Positions 31,197-43,707 of a DNA stretch of 64,000 bases are shown one piece after another. Made by a program: the position numbers and the translations under genes. The stretch's first letter is position 1; each line of letters opens with the position of its first letter. This DNA comes from the human T2T-CHM13v2.0 reference genome, Homo sapiens. The DNA is taken from assembly GCF_009914755.1 (NCBI RefSeq), contig NC_060947.1; one strand, written 5' to 3'. Under the pieces are notes generated by a model, which was not told the origin of the DNA, did no database searches, and worked only from the letters and a program-made list of their open reading frames with translations.

Positions 31197-31997
31197 TTTT
31201 TTTTTTATTTTTTTAATTTCCACTTTTAGATTCTGGGGGAGCATGTGCAGGTCTGTTACATGGGTATGTTGCATGATGTTGAGGTTAGGGGTGTGAATTG
31301 TCCTGTCACCCAGATAGTGAGCCTAGTACCCAATAGGTAGTTTTTCCCCCTTTGCCGTTTGCTCTTCCTTCCCACTCTAGTATTCTTGTCTATTGTTTCC
31401 ATCTCTTTGCCTACCTATACCCAGCGTTTAGCTCCCACTTGTAAGTGAGAACATGCAGTATTTGATTTTCTTTTTCTGTATGATTTGCTTAGGATAATGG
31501 CCTCCAGCTGCATCCATGTTTCTGCAAAGAACATGATTTCATTCTCTTTTATGGCTCCATAGTATTCCATGGTGATTACATACCATATTTTCTTTATCCA
31601 GTCCACCATTAATAGGCACCTAAGTTGATTCCATGTCTTTGTTATTGTGAATAGTGCTGCAGTGAACATGTAAGTACATGTTTCTTTTTGGTAGAATAAT
31701 TTATTTACCTTTGGGTATATACCCAGTAATAGGATTACTGGGTTGAATGGTAGTTCTATTTTAATTCTTTGAGAAATCTCCAAACTGCTTTCCATAGTAA
31801 CTGAACTAATTTACATACCCACAGTGTTTAAGTGTTCCCTTTTCTCCACAGCCTCTCCAGCATCTGCTGTTTTTTGACTTTTCAGTAATAGCAGTTCTGA
31901 CTGGTGTGAGATTGTACCTCATTGTGGTTTAAATTTGCATTTTTTTGATGTTTAGTGATGTTGAACATTTTTTTATGTTTGTTGGCCACTTGTATGT
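31197..31997 (-). mobile_element. L1PA16/17-like 3' end, 5'-truncated
   Basis: T tail, 'catgtgcaggtctgttacatgggtatgttgcatgatg'. ORF2 C-terminus CTYMFTAALFTITKTWNQ (31415-31795). Confidence 0.88.
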
Positions 31998-33724
31998 TAT
32001 TTGGATATCTTGTAGATATCATCTTTTGAGAGTATTCTCCTGTGAAAATGTGTCACATTTCTTTCCATGTGAAATTAATTTTAGATTATACCCTGAACAT
32101 TTAAATATCATGATGTGTAGATTCCGGGTCCTGTTGTACTCCTCTGGAGGGAGAAAGTTGCTTTAATTTTTAGCAGGCAATTCAAATATTTAGGCATAAA
32201 CTACAAATTCTGTCTCATCTTCCAAGGGTAGTGGTACCAATCTCAGTTTAATTTTTGAAGTCTCTACTATGCGAGTTTTGTCATTCCTGTGCATGCATGA
32301 TGCAAGAGTGACCTCTAGACTTATTGAATTAGTGGTATCCATTTTTCAGATTTTTACTTCCTACATTTTCTCCCACATTCTTCAGTTTATATGGAACTAT
32401 TTTCCAATAATTCCAAGTTCTTCAGTACAGAAAGGTGAGAATTCTATTAGCGATTTAGCCATTTATGTTTCTTCTCTGTTTTATGGTTCTGTAATTGGGT
32501 TACCCCTGGGATAAACGTGAAAGAGAAAAGAACAAAATGATAATATCATCCCCCATGCAGGACACATCTTCAAGATTTGACTCTGATCTAAAACATTACC
32601 TTTATATACCTTTAAGAGTCCTCACATAGATTCTTTTTGTATTGTGTTAAGAATTGTCTGTTGTACTGAGCAGAAGAGATTTGCTGTGGTAGCCTTATAC
32701 TGCCATAGTGATACTAGAACCCAAAGCTATGCCATTTTAACACCTCAGCCCACTACTTTGACTCAGGAATGAAACTTCAGAAACCAACTCCAGAAAAAAC
32801 TCTATGTAAGTGCATAATTTTTCGTATGTTGATAAATGTACTTCAAAAAATTCATATGACATTTCTTTATCAGTTAACCTCTATTACATTTCTTTAGCTT
32901 TACCATGAAATCATTTTATGAAAGGCAGGGAATAGATTTATACAAGTTAATAACATTATTCAAGTACATAAATGCAAATGCATGATTAATTCTCAAATTT
33001 ATCATAAGTGTTATAAATTCTATAACTTTATGCTCTGGGTGTTGGCTACTAGCTAACTTTCTTTTGTGTTATATTTGAGCAGAGCTCACTGTTAATATAT
33101 TCAGGCTTTTAAAAAGAAGTTATGTATTTTTCTGTATTGGAGATACAATTAAGATTCTTCAAAGTAACAGGCAATATTTTGATAAATCCTAATATACTAA
33201 GTTACCAATGTTGACAAAATATCACTCTATAATTTTCTAGAAAGATATGCCATTCATTTGTCCAGTTAATCCAAAATTTCATTCTTGCTAGTTTAAGTAT
33301 GATAATAATTTTGACAAGTGGTGTCCACAAATACTATATTATTACTTATAGCAGTGAATAAGTTATTCACATATTAACTCATAGGAAAATTTCTATAGTT
33401 GATTTTATATCTAAATATGACACAATGTAAAAAGGTTCTTTCCTAATCTGAAGTCATCATTTTATTTTTATTTTTGAGAGAATATTGAGATAACCTTTAA
33501 GATATGAATATACATTTTCTATGCATTAACTTTTTAAAAGTTTTGTTAAATATTATTCATAATATTTATGTATTTTAAATTTTAAATATATTTGTAATCT
33601 ACTTGTAAATGACTTTTACAGCACGACTATTTCCATGGACTATTTTTACAGCTGACACTTCCGAAGATTCAAATACGGTGTTGAATTAATAGTTTATACT
33701 GTATTGATCAATGATTGCTTACCT

Positions 33725-33812
33725 GTTATTCATCAGTCTATGCATTGAATAAATATTTGTTGACCACCAATATATGTCAGCACGTGTATACTGTGTTAAG
33801 ACACAGAGAATT
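33725..33812 (-). mobile_element. L2 3'-end fragment
   Basis: 'gcattgaataaatatttgttgaccaccaatatatgtcagcac'. Confidence 0.55.
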
Positions 33813-34119
33813 ATCACAGTTTTGGCAGTAAGTGGAATGACTTATATAAGCAGTTCAAAGTTTACCTTCTTTACAATAAATTACTTTATCTCCCAGGGCA
33901 ATCTTACCATCAGCAGCCCAAATTTGTATACTTAATATGTGACTTATATTTTGATGACCTAACATACAATAGACAGGGGTCTGTAGGTTTATTCAGAATA
34001 ATAATTTTTTAAATAATAAAAATAAAAATAATAAAAATCCATTAATGAAATCTTTTCATATTTATATTGATTGCATTATTTTAAAGTTAAAGTGAAGAGA
34101 AAGTAAATAAGAGGACATA

Positions 34120-34281
34120 AATTTTTATTGAGACCATTCACTGTGCCAGTTACTGGGCTATACTGTTTACAAATGATTGAATCTTACAAAACATCCTCAG
34201 GACAGAATTTAACTGAATTTTCAGAATTTTACAAAACACCCTCAGAATAGAAATTGTTTACCAATTTTAGAGGTAGAAAAT
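34120..34281 (-). mobile_element. MIR fragment, probably continuing at ~37030-37065
   Basis: 'tttattgagaccattcactgtgccag...ttttagaggtagaaaat', then 'taagtaacttgtc' after the LTR. Confidence 0.55.
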
Positions 34282-37029
34282 TGTCAGGAGACTATTCTCC
34301 ATGGGTATGTCATGGTACTGTTGATATGACTTGGATCTGTGTCCTGACTCAAATCTCATCAAATTGTAATCCCCATGTGTTGAGAGAGGAACCTGGTGGG
34401 AGGTGATTGGATCAAGGGGGCATTTTCCCCCATGCTGTTCTTGTGATAGTGAGTTCTCGTGAGATCCAATGGTCTAAAAGTGTTTGGAAGTTCCCCCTCT
34501 TGCTCTCTCTCTCTCTCTCTCTCTCTCCTGCTGCCATGTAAGGTATGCCTTGCTTCCCCTTTGCTTTCCACCATAATTGTGAGATTCCTGAGGCCTCCAC
34601 AGCCATGTGGAACTGTGATTCAATTAAACCTCTTTCCTTTATAAACTACCCAGTCTCAGGTAGTTCTTTATAGCAGTGTGAAAACAGACTAATACAGAAA
34701 GTTGGTACTGAGGGAAGTGGGGCATTGATATAAAGTTACCTGAAAATGTGAAACAGACTTTTTAACTGGGTAACAGGCAGAGGCTGGGGCAGTTTGGATG
34801 GCTCAGAAGAAAACAGGAAGATTTGGGAAAGTTTAGAACTTCCTAGACTCTAGCTGAATGGTTTTGACTAACATGCGATAGTGGTATGGACAATTAAGTC
34901 CAGGCTGAGATTATCTCAGATGGAGATGAGGAATTTACTGGGAACTGGAGTAAATGTCTCTCATGCTGTGCTTTAGCAAAGAGACTAGCGGCATCTTGTC
35001 TCTGCCCTAGAGATCTGTGGAACTTTGAATTTGAGAGAGATGATTTAGGGTATCTGGCAGAAGAAACTTCTAAGCAGCAAGGCATTCCAGACGTGACCTG
35101 GCTTTTTATAAACGCTTACAGTCATATGCACTCACAATGAGATGGTCTGAAATTGGAACTTATCTTTAAAAGGGAAGCAAAGCATAACATTTTGGAAAAT
35201 TTGCAGCCTGTCCATGTGGTATAAAAGGAAAAGCCATTTTCTGGGGAAAAATTCAAGACACCAATGCAGAAATTAGCATAAGAAAAGAGGAGTCTAATGT
35301 TAATAGCCAAGACAATGGGAAAAATGTCTCCAGGGCATTTTAGAGGTCTTCACTGCAGCCCTCCAACCCTCCCCGCCCCATCACAGGCCCAGAAACCTAG
35401 GAGGGAACAAATGGTTTCTTGGGCTGCATTCAGGACCACACTGCTCTGTGTAGTCTTGGGAAATGGTGCCCTGCATCCCAGTAGCTTCAGCTCCAGCTGT
35501 GGCTAAAAGGGGCCAAGGTACAGTTTGGGCCATTACTTCAGAGAGTACAATCCCTGAACCTTGGTGGCTTACACATGGTGTTAAACCTGTGGGTACAAAG
35601 AAGACCAGAATTGAGGTTTGGGAACCTCCACCTAGATTTCAGAGAAATCTAGGGCCATCATCCTCCAGACCCCAGAATGGTAGATCTACCAATAGCTTGC
35701 TCTATGCACCTTGAAAAGCTGCAGGTACTCAACACCGGCCTGTGAAAGGAGCCTCAGGGGCTGCACCCTATGGAGCTACAGGGGTGGAGCTGTCCAAGGC
35801 TATGGGAGCACACCCCTTGCATCCTTGTGCCTTTGATGTGAGACATGAAGTCAAAAGAGATTATTTTGGAGCTTTAAGATTTAAAGACTGTCCTGCAGGA
35901 TTTCAGACTTACATGGAGCCTGTAGCCCCTTTGTTTTAGTCAATTTCTCCCTTTTGGAATGGGAGCATTTACACAATGCCTGTACCCCACATTGTGTCTT
36001 GGAAGTAACCAACTTATTTTCATTTTACAGACTCATAGGCAGAAGGAACTTGTCTTGTTTCAGATGAGACTTTGGAGTTGGACTTTTGAGTTAATGCTGG
36101 AATGAGTTAAGACTTTGAGGTATTGTTGGAAAGACATGATTGTGTTTTGAAATATGAGAGGGACATGAGATTTGGGAGGGGCCAGGGTGGAATGATATGG
36201 TTTGGCTCTGTATCCTCACCCAAATCTCATCTCAAATTGTAATTTTCATGTGTTGGGGAAGGATCTTGTGGGAGGTGATTGGATTATGGGCGAGGTCTCC
36301 CTCATGCTGCTCTTGTGATAGTAAATGAGTTCTCACAAGATCTGATGCTTTTAAAGTATTTGGCAGTCCACCTCACTTTCTCTGTCTCCTGGCAACATAC
36401 AATGTGCCTTGCTTCCTCTTCACCTTCTGCCATGATTGTGAGTTTCATGAGGTCTCTCCAGCCATGTGGAACTGTGAGTCAATTAAACCTCTTTTCTTTA
36501 TAAACTACCCAGTCTCAGGTAGTTATTTATAGCAGCGTGAAAGCAGACTAATACAACTGCACATCCTGTGAGAAAGGCACCATCTGTCCTTTGCTCCAAA
36601 ATATTTTTTCAAGGATTTTTGTATAGAAAAAAATTTTGAAATGTAGATATAATACATTCCTACGGAAAACAGTGACGAAATTATTTTTCTCCAGTTTAAT
36701 TAAAAAATAAAAATGTTTTCCTTTAGTGCAAAGTCAGGCATGTTTACTCACTGTCATAAAAGATTTGGGAAGTTCAGTGTGTCTCAGCTGTAATTCCAAA
36801 CCATTGCATGCATAGCATGCATCTGATCCATATCACATTAAACCAATGGACCTTGCAGGCAAAGGAAACTGACACTCATATTTATGCTGCTTGCTGTGCT
36901 ATGAATAATAAGAGCCTTTGTATCTGATCCTGGAGTTTTGTGACTTCTGTCCACCACTATGAAACTGTGGTAGGCTAAATTGTTAGCTTGCAAGAAGAGT
37001 AAAATATCTGACCCTCATAATTCTTGGCG
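34282..37029 (+). mobile_element. LTR40-like ERVL solo LTR split by a THE1D provirus (pieces 34282-34321 and 36556-37029)
   Basis: 'tgtcaggagactattctccatggg' continues as 'ctgcacatcctgtgag...tatgaaactgtggtaggctaaattgttagcttgcaag'. Confidence 0.7.
34322..36555 (+). mobile_element. Complete THE1D-like MaLR provirus: 5' LTR 34322-34696, internal 34697-36192, 3' LTR 36193-36555
   Basis: Two homologous LTRs (tgatatg...actaataca). Purine tract 'gggaggggccagggtggaa' before the 3' LTR. TSD actgt/actgc. Confidence 0.93.
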
Positions 37030-38131
37030 AAAGTTTGGAAATTTGGAGTGTAAGTAACTTGTCATGTCTGAATACAAGGTACACATTCAGTACAAGTACA
37101 AAATACTGCCATGTATCATAAATTACATAAACATTATTTTTTATATAGTCTTGTATTACAGTTTTTTTCAGTAACAGAAGATGAGGATTACACTTGATTC
37201 ATTTATTTACATTCTGAAACTTTAGTGAAATAACTTGTGGACAGTAGGGTTTTAATATATGTCTTTCAAACATAATTGGATTTTATTAGTGTGTAAAACA
37301 ACTGTTACATTTTTTCAGTGCAATAAAAAGAATTATACCATAACCAGGGATGGCTTTTGGAAAATCTAAGAAACCAATGTTTATTTTTGCCATTGAGCAA
37401 AGTCTGCAGACGTTCAAGGCTATTTAGAATAGAATTTTGTCAGTTTTTTGTACAATCCTCACAAACTGCAAGACAGAGAAGAGGCAAGAGTGACAATGTG
37501 GATCAAAATTTTTCTAGCAAATATCATTCCAGTGCTTCAGTGGAGCCCTGTGATCCCTTAGTTTATTTTTCTCCAACAGTCAGATGACAATTGTAAATAC
37601 AATGTAAATACATAGACAGAGTCATTTACACATGTGGAAAAATTGACATCAGCATCAATATCCCAGGTATTTTATTTATAAGGTAATGGATTCTTCTGGC
37701 TGCTAAGAAAGAAAATAAAATATTTTCAACCATATTATAATTGGAACAAAACTCAGTTTACTTTATTTTTTTATTTTAACTTTCTACTGATTCTGAAAAA
37801 CAAAAATCTTTCAGACACTATTTGATTGTGTATTACTTAATCTTCCATTTAGAAGTTTACTGTTGGGTTTTTTTTTTTTTTTGAAAATAAGTAAACAAGC
37901 CACTATATTAGTGACAACTGCAAGTCTCCTGTCACATGACAATTTCATCCAAACCCCTCCACTAAGAGACTTAACCAAACTGTAGCATGGCTTCTAGTAG
38001 CATAATGTGTGCCTAGCATGACCACAGGCCTGAATTAAAATGCCTACCTGGGAAAGCACAAGGCTGCTAGGAAAATTTTCTGTTTGTTCAAGCCAACCTG
38101 ATGATAGGCCCTGAGTTCCTTATCTTAGAGC

Positions 38132-39003
<872 letters not shown>

Positions 39004-39969
39004 CGAGAGCCATTCCTTTACAGTGTAATTATCAAGAGAGGTAAGTCCTCTGTGCCCCAGTCTCTGTGGGAGAATGCATCCTCATTTCAATAACTGCCAG
39101 GAAGCTGACACAGCTGACGCAGCTGGTCTAATCACATTTACATGAATTAACCCTTTGTACGTTTTTACTTCTTTGACTCTACTGAACCCCCCACACTCTC
39201 TCCTCCCTCATTCTCCCTTGAAAATGTTCAGTTATCTTTGTATAAATGTGAATGGAGCACTGCTCTATCACATACTGTCAGTTACCTAAAATTTGTCTTC
39301 ACTGCTTCAACTAATGGTAGGCTGTGGGTTATTTGTTGACACTAGCTAGGAATTGAGCAATATGCAGGTTAGAAAACTGAATTTTTTCCTTTTGAGTGTA
39401 AGTTAGAAATTGGGAATAATTGGGTGATAATTGTTAAAGGAGGTGAATATCTCTGACATGTCACTTAGCCTGAAAAAATTTGTTTATAGCTGTAAGTTAA
39501 TTCAATTCAAACTATGTTTTTAATAGTGAATGTCATATGTACAAATTTCAATGACTGAGGACTAGGCTTAAGGGCATGGTGCTTCTAAAATTTGCTCAAG
39601 ATATCTTTAGAAAATGAACTAAAAACAAGGCACCTCACCCCAATGGGGAAAAATCAGTAATAATTAATTACATTATTTGTTAATTCACTAAATAAGTGAA
39701 GGTTTATGAATATTAGCCCCAGGTGGCAAAGGCTTTATATTTTGTTAAGACAGAAATCAGATTGAGTGTTACAGTTATTCAAGTCATAAAAGAGAATATT
39801 ATCAAGGGGGTTATCAGTTTTGTAGTAATGATACATAGGTATTATATAAAGACATCTCAACCTGTTTCTTGTAATGCAGTCAAGTATTCTGGTACTAGCA
39901 TATACAATAACAGAAAGGTTAATATTTTGATATTTATGAGAAAAATGTTAAGGGGGAAAGTGAGGGTTC

Positions 39970-40139
39970 TTAGGAGGCAGCATACCTAGTACTTAAGAGC
40001 CAACCTGCTTGATACAATTGATAGCTCCACCACTTATTATCTTAGATATCTTGTGGAGTTATTTAACTTTTGTTAGTCATACTTTTCTTTTGTACAACTT
40101 GAATAAGCAGGGTAAGTATCTCAGATTGTTGCTAGGAGG
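39970..40139 (+). mobile_element. Degenerate MIR interrupted by the MER4 LTR
   Basis: 'agctccaccacttattatc...gttatttaac...tcagattgttgctaggagg'. Confidence 0.5.
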
Positions 40140-40382
40140 TGTGAAAGGAAAATATCTTGGGCCCCTACAATTACAATCACGAAGCTAAAGGGAAAATTCA
40201 AGTTGGGAACTGCTTAGGGCAACCTGCCTCCCATTCTATTCTAATAAGTAGGGTAAGTATCTCAGATTGTTGCTAGGAGGTGTGAAAGGAAAATATCTTG
40301 GGCCCCCACAATCACAATCAGGAAGCTAAAGGGAAAATTCAAGCTGGGAACTGCTTAGGGCAACCTGCCTCCATTCTATTCA
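40102..40382. repeat. 141-bp tandem duplication (2 copies)
   Basis: 40102-40242 matches 40243-40382, with about 6 differences. Confidence 0.95.
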
Positions 40383-40753
40383 AATTTATCTCTATGCTCA
40401 CTGAGATAAATGCATATCTGATTGCCTACTTTGGAAAGGCTAATCAGATACTCAAAAGAATGCAACCTTTGTCTCTCACCTGTCTGTGACCTGGAAGCCC
40501 CCTCCCTGCTTTGAGTCTTCCTGCCTTTGCTTCGAGTTGTCCTGCCTTTCCAGACTGAACCAATGTACTCCTTATATATATTGATTGATGTCTCATGTCT
40601 CCCTAAAATGTGTAAAATCAAGCTGTGCCTCAACCACCTTGGTCATATGTCATCAGAACTTCCTGAGGCTGTGTTACCTGTGTGCTTCCTCAACCTTGGC
40701 AAAATAAACTTCCTTAATTGACTGCGACCTGTCTCAAATGTTTGGCGTCCACA
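40281..40753 (+). mobile_element. MER4A-like ERV1 solo LTR (extra partial 5' copy at 40140-40241)
   Basis: 'tgtgaaaggaaaatatcttgggcccc...aagctgggaactgcttagggcaa...ccaca'. 4-bp TSD gagg. Confidence 0.88.
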
Positions 40754-41029
40754 GAGGTTTTAAGTAAAATAGTCTACAGAAAGGTTCAGAAGTCTATGAG
40801 ACTTAGCGAGTAGTAGCTATTATTTTTATACATTCAAAGCCAAAGAAGGAGGAGAAAGGAGGAAAAGGAAGGGACAGGCAAGATGTTGTAATCTTTAAGA
40901 AATGATAAAAAGAAAGAAAACCCCAAATTTCCTTTTCCTTTTTATCTCTTCATGAAAATTCTTTGGCAGATTTTCACCATTTATCTTTGGAGAATTCTAA
41001 AAATTACAGAGTTACAAAGGGATTAAGTG

Positions 41030-42340
41030 AGAGAGTTGTCCTGATTTTTAAAGAGGATAAAATATTGGATCGAAGAAACTACAGTACACTTAGCACTAAT
41101 GCCTAGGAAATATCTGAAATTGAGTATTCAATACATCAGTTTAAAGATCTAAAAAAAAAATACCCTAAACAATGAAATGACTTACTCATTTCATTTTTTT
41201 TCATCAAACATCAATAAAACTGACATGTTTGGAATAGCATGTCCAATGCTGCAGTACTTTTCTATAGGTACTGATCCTTTCATCTTTTACATGTTTATCA
41301 CAGAAGCTGCCTTGTAACCATGTTATACAAATGTTAGATTTTTTTTGACCACTGTTTTATTCAACAATAAACAAATGAGCCAATCTGACAAAATGAACCT
41401 CCTTTTAACTGGGAATTAGGGGCTTGAGAGCAAAATAGTCTTTTCTCAGGTAGGTAAAGCTGTATGATGTGAAGCTGTGTGGATGAAAGCAGCAATGTTT
41501 CCCAAAGTGCACCAAAAAAATGATTTTAGAGAGAACATAATGAAGCCACACGCAGAGAGAAGTGTAGAGCAAATAGAAAGAGCTTGATCTTATTTAAGTC
41601 TCTGGATTTTCTGAAGCCAAGCCACATTTCTGTTCAAAATAAATATAAGTTGTTACTGTGTTCATCAAGCTAGTCTAAATATGTTTCCTTACAGATTATT
41701 AAATAAGTATATAAAGGAAAGTGTGTAGTGAGGCCTAAAAACTTTATGTACAATGTGAGAAAATGTGGATTGGATATCAGGACAGATAAGTGATTGTTTA
41801 GATAAATGAATAATGCAGCACTGTCAAACTACAGAGAGGAGCTTTAAAGGTAATCTGCAGGGTTTATCACTTTGTTACTTCCTGCCTAGAATTTTATCAA
41901 TAATTTAGATGAATATATAAAAGATACATTTAATAAAAATGTAAGCCAATGGACAATTTTTTAAGACCCAAAGTTAGTAAAATGTTAAGTTTAATTTATG
42001 CCATGACATATTAGGAACGAGGCTATAGACATGACATATATCATAAAATATCTGAAAGATTTGTGAAAGAGATACTTGATATTATCAATAGATAAAGAGC
42101 ACAAAATCAGGACAAATTGATATATGTTATGAGGAGAAAGTTTTCATTTCAGTACAAGGAAAATTTACTAACAGTAAAAATCAAAAGTTAACACTGAACA
42201 GCTTAGTTAAATTTCCATTATTAAAGTGTTAAAACCAAGCCTTTGCTTTTATTTAAGACCACAACATAGATGAGTTTTATATTAGGTAAAATGTTGGGTT
42301 GAAAACATCTTCAAAGACTTTCAAATCTGAAATTTGATAG
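41030..42340 (+). mobile_element. Highly degenerate CR1/L3 LINE fragments, possibly interrupted by an old MLT1 at ~41400-41690
   Basis: 'gttgtcctgatttttaaagaggataaaatattggatcgaagaaactacag' resembles the CR1 RT 'PIFKKG..DPGNYRP' region. L3-like 3' end at 42290-42340. Confidence 0.5.
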
Positions 42341-42584
42341 AAAATCAGTAATCCTAGATTAATTCCTAAAAGTTAAAATTCCTTTATATTTTATTTAAAT
42401 TTTATTCTATCTTGCTTATAGACTAGGAGTTAGAATATCTGGAGATGGGAAGGGATGCAGCTGGAGAGTGAATGGTGTCCTTTGGGGCTGAGTCTTGAAA
42501 TGGGGAAGAAATTACCCAAAACAACAAGATGGTTGATCCTGATAACAAATAAGTGAACAAAAAAAAAATGCTCACAGATGCTGT

Positions 42585-42964
42585 TGAGGTGGGAGAATAG
42601 GGCCTGGAGGCAAGGAACCTAAGGACTTCCTAGAACTAAATCAAATGAAAACACTTCAGCTATGATAGGAAATATCCTCTCTATTTACATAGGGCATACA
42701 ATGAGTAAATGAATTTGTAACTTTACTTCATCCTCTTCATTAACACAGGGCGTATACCAAGTAACCAATGGAAACCTCTAGAGGGTATTTAAACCCCAGA
42801 AAATTCTGTAACAGTGCTCGAGCCCACTCCCACCCTGTGGAGCATACTTTCATTTTCAAGAAATCTCTGCTTTTGTTGCTTCATTCTTTCCTTGTTTTGT
42901 TTGTGTGTTTTGTCCAATTTTTTGTTCAAGACATCAAGAATCTGGACACTCTCCACTGGTAACA
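42585..42964 (+). mobile_element. MER61-like ERV1 solo LTR
   Basis: 'tgaggtgggagaatagggcctggaggcaaggaacctaagg'...'ccactggtaaca'. Perfect TSD ctgt. Confidence 0.82.
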
Positions 42965-43234
42965 CTGTCATATAAGAATCCAGCTATTACAAAATCCAGG
43001 TAACAATATATGGGCATCAAAACTGGGCTTCTAGAAGAGGAGTTTGTGTTCAGCAAGTTAAATGTAAGAACAAGGGGAATAATAGGGCATGGTGTTGGTG
43101 GTGGAGGAGTTAAATGGTAGCATAGCTAAAAGGATCAGAACAGACATAGTCATTTCTATTTTTCCCCAAAATCTGAGCTGTGTTACATGTGAGCTTATAT
43201 GTCTTAGAAGGCTAGAGATAAAACAGATACCCTC

Positions 43235-43707
43235 TGTAAAAGTTAAAGAAAGAGGAAAGAAACAGAAAACACAGCTTGATAGTTAAAGACAGGTTTACTT
43301 TAGATAAAACCCAAGGGGGGCTTCTGGCCAATTTCTGTCAGGGGCACTTTCTCTTACAGACTAAGAGTATATATTGGTTTTAGGGTAAAGGAGCCTATTA
43401 CAAGCTTGGGATGTTTCTGTGTGGGGCAGAAGTTTATGGCAGGGTTGAAATGTCTCTGGGCAGAGGGGAGGTTATCTTGGGGCTGGCGTCTTCCCAGCTG
43501 GAGGGGGTTTATCTTGGGGCTAGCATGTCTCTGCCTGGGGAGGAGTTTGGGATGTTTCTGGTCGGAGATATTATTTGTGGTTTATGGTCATGCTGACCTT
43601 AGCCATTAAGGCTGATGCCCTTTGGATTTAGATAGGTTTTCTTTTTTTATTAAGGTGAACTTTAGAATGAGGAGCTTGTCCAAGATGGTGATGCTCCTGC
43701 TCTTTCA
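43235..43707 (-). mobile_element. Second LTR19(A)-like solo LTR
   Basis: Collinear with 38132-38597. Perfect TSD ccctc (43230-43234 / 43708-43712). Confidence 0.85.
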
